Assembly: GCA_002869925.2 (NCBI GenBank)
Contig: NEWT02000035.1
Span: 587,442-651,441, forward strand
Reading direction: 5' to 3'
DNA: 64,000 nt
Source: Nitrospira sp. CG24A
GTDB lineage: Bacteria > Nitrospirota > Nitrospiria > Nitrospirales > Nitrospiraceae
The position numbers and the translations under genes are program-made. This document shows positions 63,186 through 64,000 of the stretch, in pieces. Position 1 is the stretch's first letter. Every line of letters begins with the position of its first letter. The notes below the pieces were generated by a model. The model saw nothing but the letters and a program-made list of their open reading frames with translations. It made no database searches and was not told the origin of the DNA.

Positions 63186-63779
63186 ATGTCCATCTCACGA
63201 ACACTCAACGTGTATCTCGATCGTGAACATGTTCATTATGATGTACTGCCCCACCCGGAAGCGTTTCAGGCTCTTACTATTGCCCAGATGCTTCGTACGC
63301 CTGAGAAGAAAATGGCCAAGGTCGTGATCGTAAAGGTGGATAGGCGGTTCGTGATGACGGTACTACCGGCAAGTTGGAAGGTGGATCTCCGTCGATTGAG
63401 GACTGTCTTTGCCACTCATTCGGTAAGGCTCGCAACCGAGGATGAGATCGCAAGTCTGTTTCCCGATTGCGAGTTGGGCGCCATGCCGCCCTTCGGCAAC
63501 CTCTATAGGCTCCCTGTGTATGTCGATCAATCGCTCACGGAAGACGAGGAGATCGTCTTCCAAGCCGGGACCCATTCGGACGCGATCCGTATGCGCTACT
63601 GGGACTTTGCCGCACTTGTATTTCCGGTGGTCACGGAATTCCATCGTTCACCCTCACATGATGGACTGCCCGATTCTGTGACAGGCGCTGGAACCGGTCG
63701 GGAAGGCCGAGTTTCTTCTGGCCCGCACCATGCAACAGTTCGGCCAGAGAGAGGCTACCTCACAGACCATCCTCAATGA
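63186..63779 (+). CDS. YbaK/EbsC-type aminoacyl-tRNA deacylase-domain protein
   Basis: L....V.YDVL.H......I.......P.K.MAKVVIVKVD.RFVMTVLPAS.KVDL..L...........LATEDEI..LFPDCELGAMPPFGNLY fits the family. The last ~40 residues look non-native, so the true stop or a sequence error is uncertain. Confidence 0.7.
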   Translation: MSISRTLNVYLDREHVHYDVLPHPEAFQALTIAQMLRTPEKKMAKVVIVKVDRRFVMTVLPASWKVDLRRLRTVFATHSVRLATEDEIASLFPDCELGAMPPFGNLYRLPVYVDQSLTEDEEIVFQAGTHSDAIRMRYWDFAALVFPVVTEFHRSPSHDGLPDSVTGAGTGREGRVSSGPHHATVRPERGYLTDHPQ

Positions 63780-64000
63780 AACGCGCGGACAGAAGCGATG
63801 AAACAATCATGATCAGGCGTCAGGGTTCGAATGTGATGAAACGGTTCTTCGGCGGAGGGGTCACTGATCAGTTGTTGCAGGATACATCCGGCGCACACAG
63901 TGGGCCGTAGAATAACCAGAGAGCGACGCCCCACCATATTATTCGGCTCGTGCATGATCAAACAACACGGGCGACCTCCCATCGAGTAGGAGATCGCCCA

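Noticed and set aside
63640-64000. Minus-strand ORF 63773-63982 and other frames at the right edge, including a faint HTH-like stretch overlapping the tail of the YbaK-like ORF.
   Set aside because: No frame gave a recognisable family. The ORFs are interrupted by stops or truncated by the window edge. I left the region uncalled and flagged the YbaK-like 3' tail as uncertain.

Overview
GC-rich bacterial chromosomal segment, densely coding, with no rRNA genes and no CRISPR array. Gene content (SmbP-like metal-binding protein, cyclooxygenase/alpha-dioxygenase-like heme protein, protease-FGE fusion, many sensor kinases) resembles nitrifier/Nitrospirota-type genomes, but I cannot verify taxonomy here. 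Housekeeping genes recognised from motifs are purA, one tRNA-Lys(UUU), an Lhr-type helicase, a CCA/poly(A) nucleotidyltransferase, a class-V aminotransferase, an amidohydrolase, Usp proteins, an MlaC-like protein and a YbaK-like deacylase. Accessory or unusual content: (1) a ~6.6 kb island at tRNA-Lys, bounded by a 27/28 nt direct repeat of the tRNA 3' end, with decayed integrase and transposase remnants and a ~1490 aa multidomain subtilase plus a stand-alone propeptide-like lipoprotein; (2) a two-module toxin-antitoxin cassette bracketed by a perfect 131 bp direct repeat that comes from a partial duplication of the amidohydrolase gene; (3) two families of MITE-like palindromic elements, several copies each; (4) a co-directional signalling operon with two HAMP-only membrane paralogs, an orphan GspG-like pseudopilin, a hybrid kinase and a REC-PAS-GGDEF-EAL protein; (5) a minus-strand cluster of a two-component system, a DUF3365-like heme protein, a trypsin-like protease-FGE fusion and an alpha-dioxygenase-like heme lipoprotein, followed by twin ~145 bp repeats; (6) heptanucleotide tandem repeats inside the lhr coding region and at gene ends. 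All calls come from reading ORF translations and DNA by eye. No database search was run.
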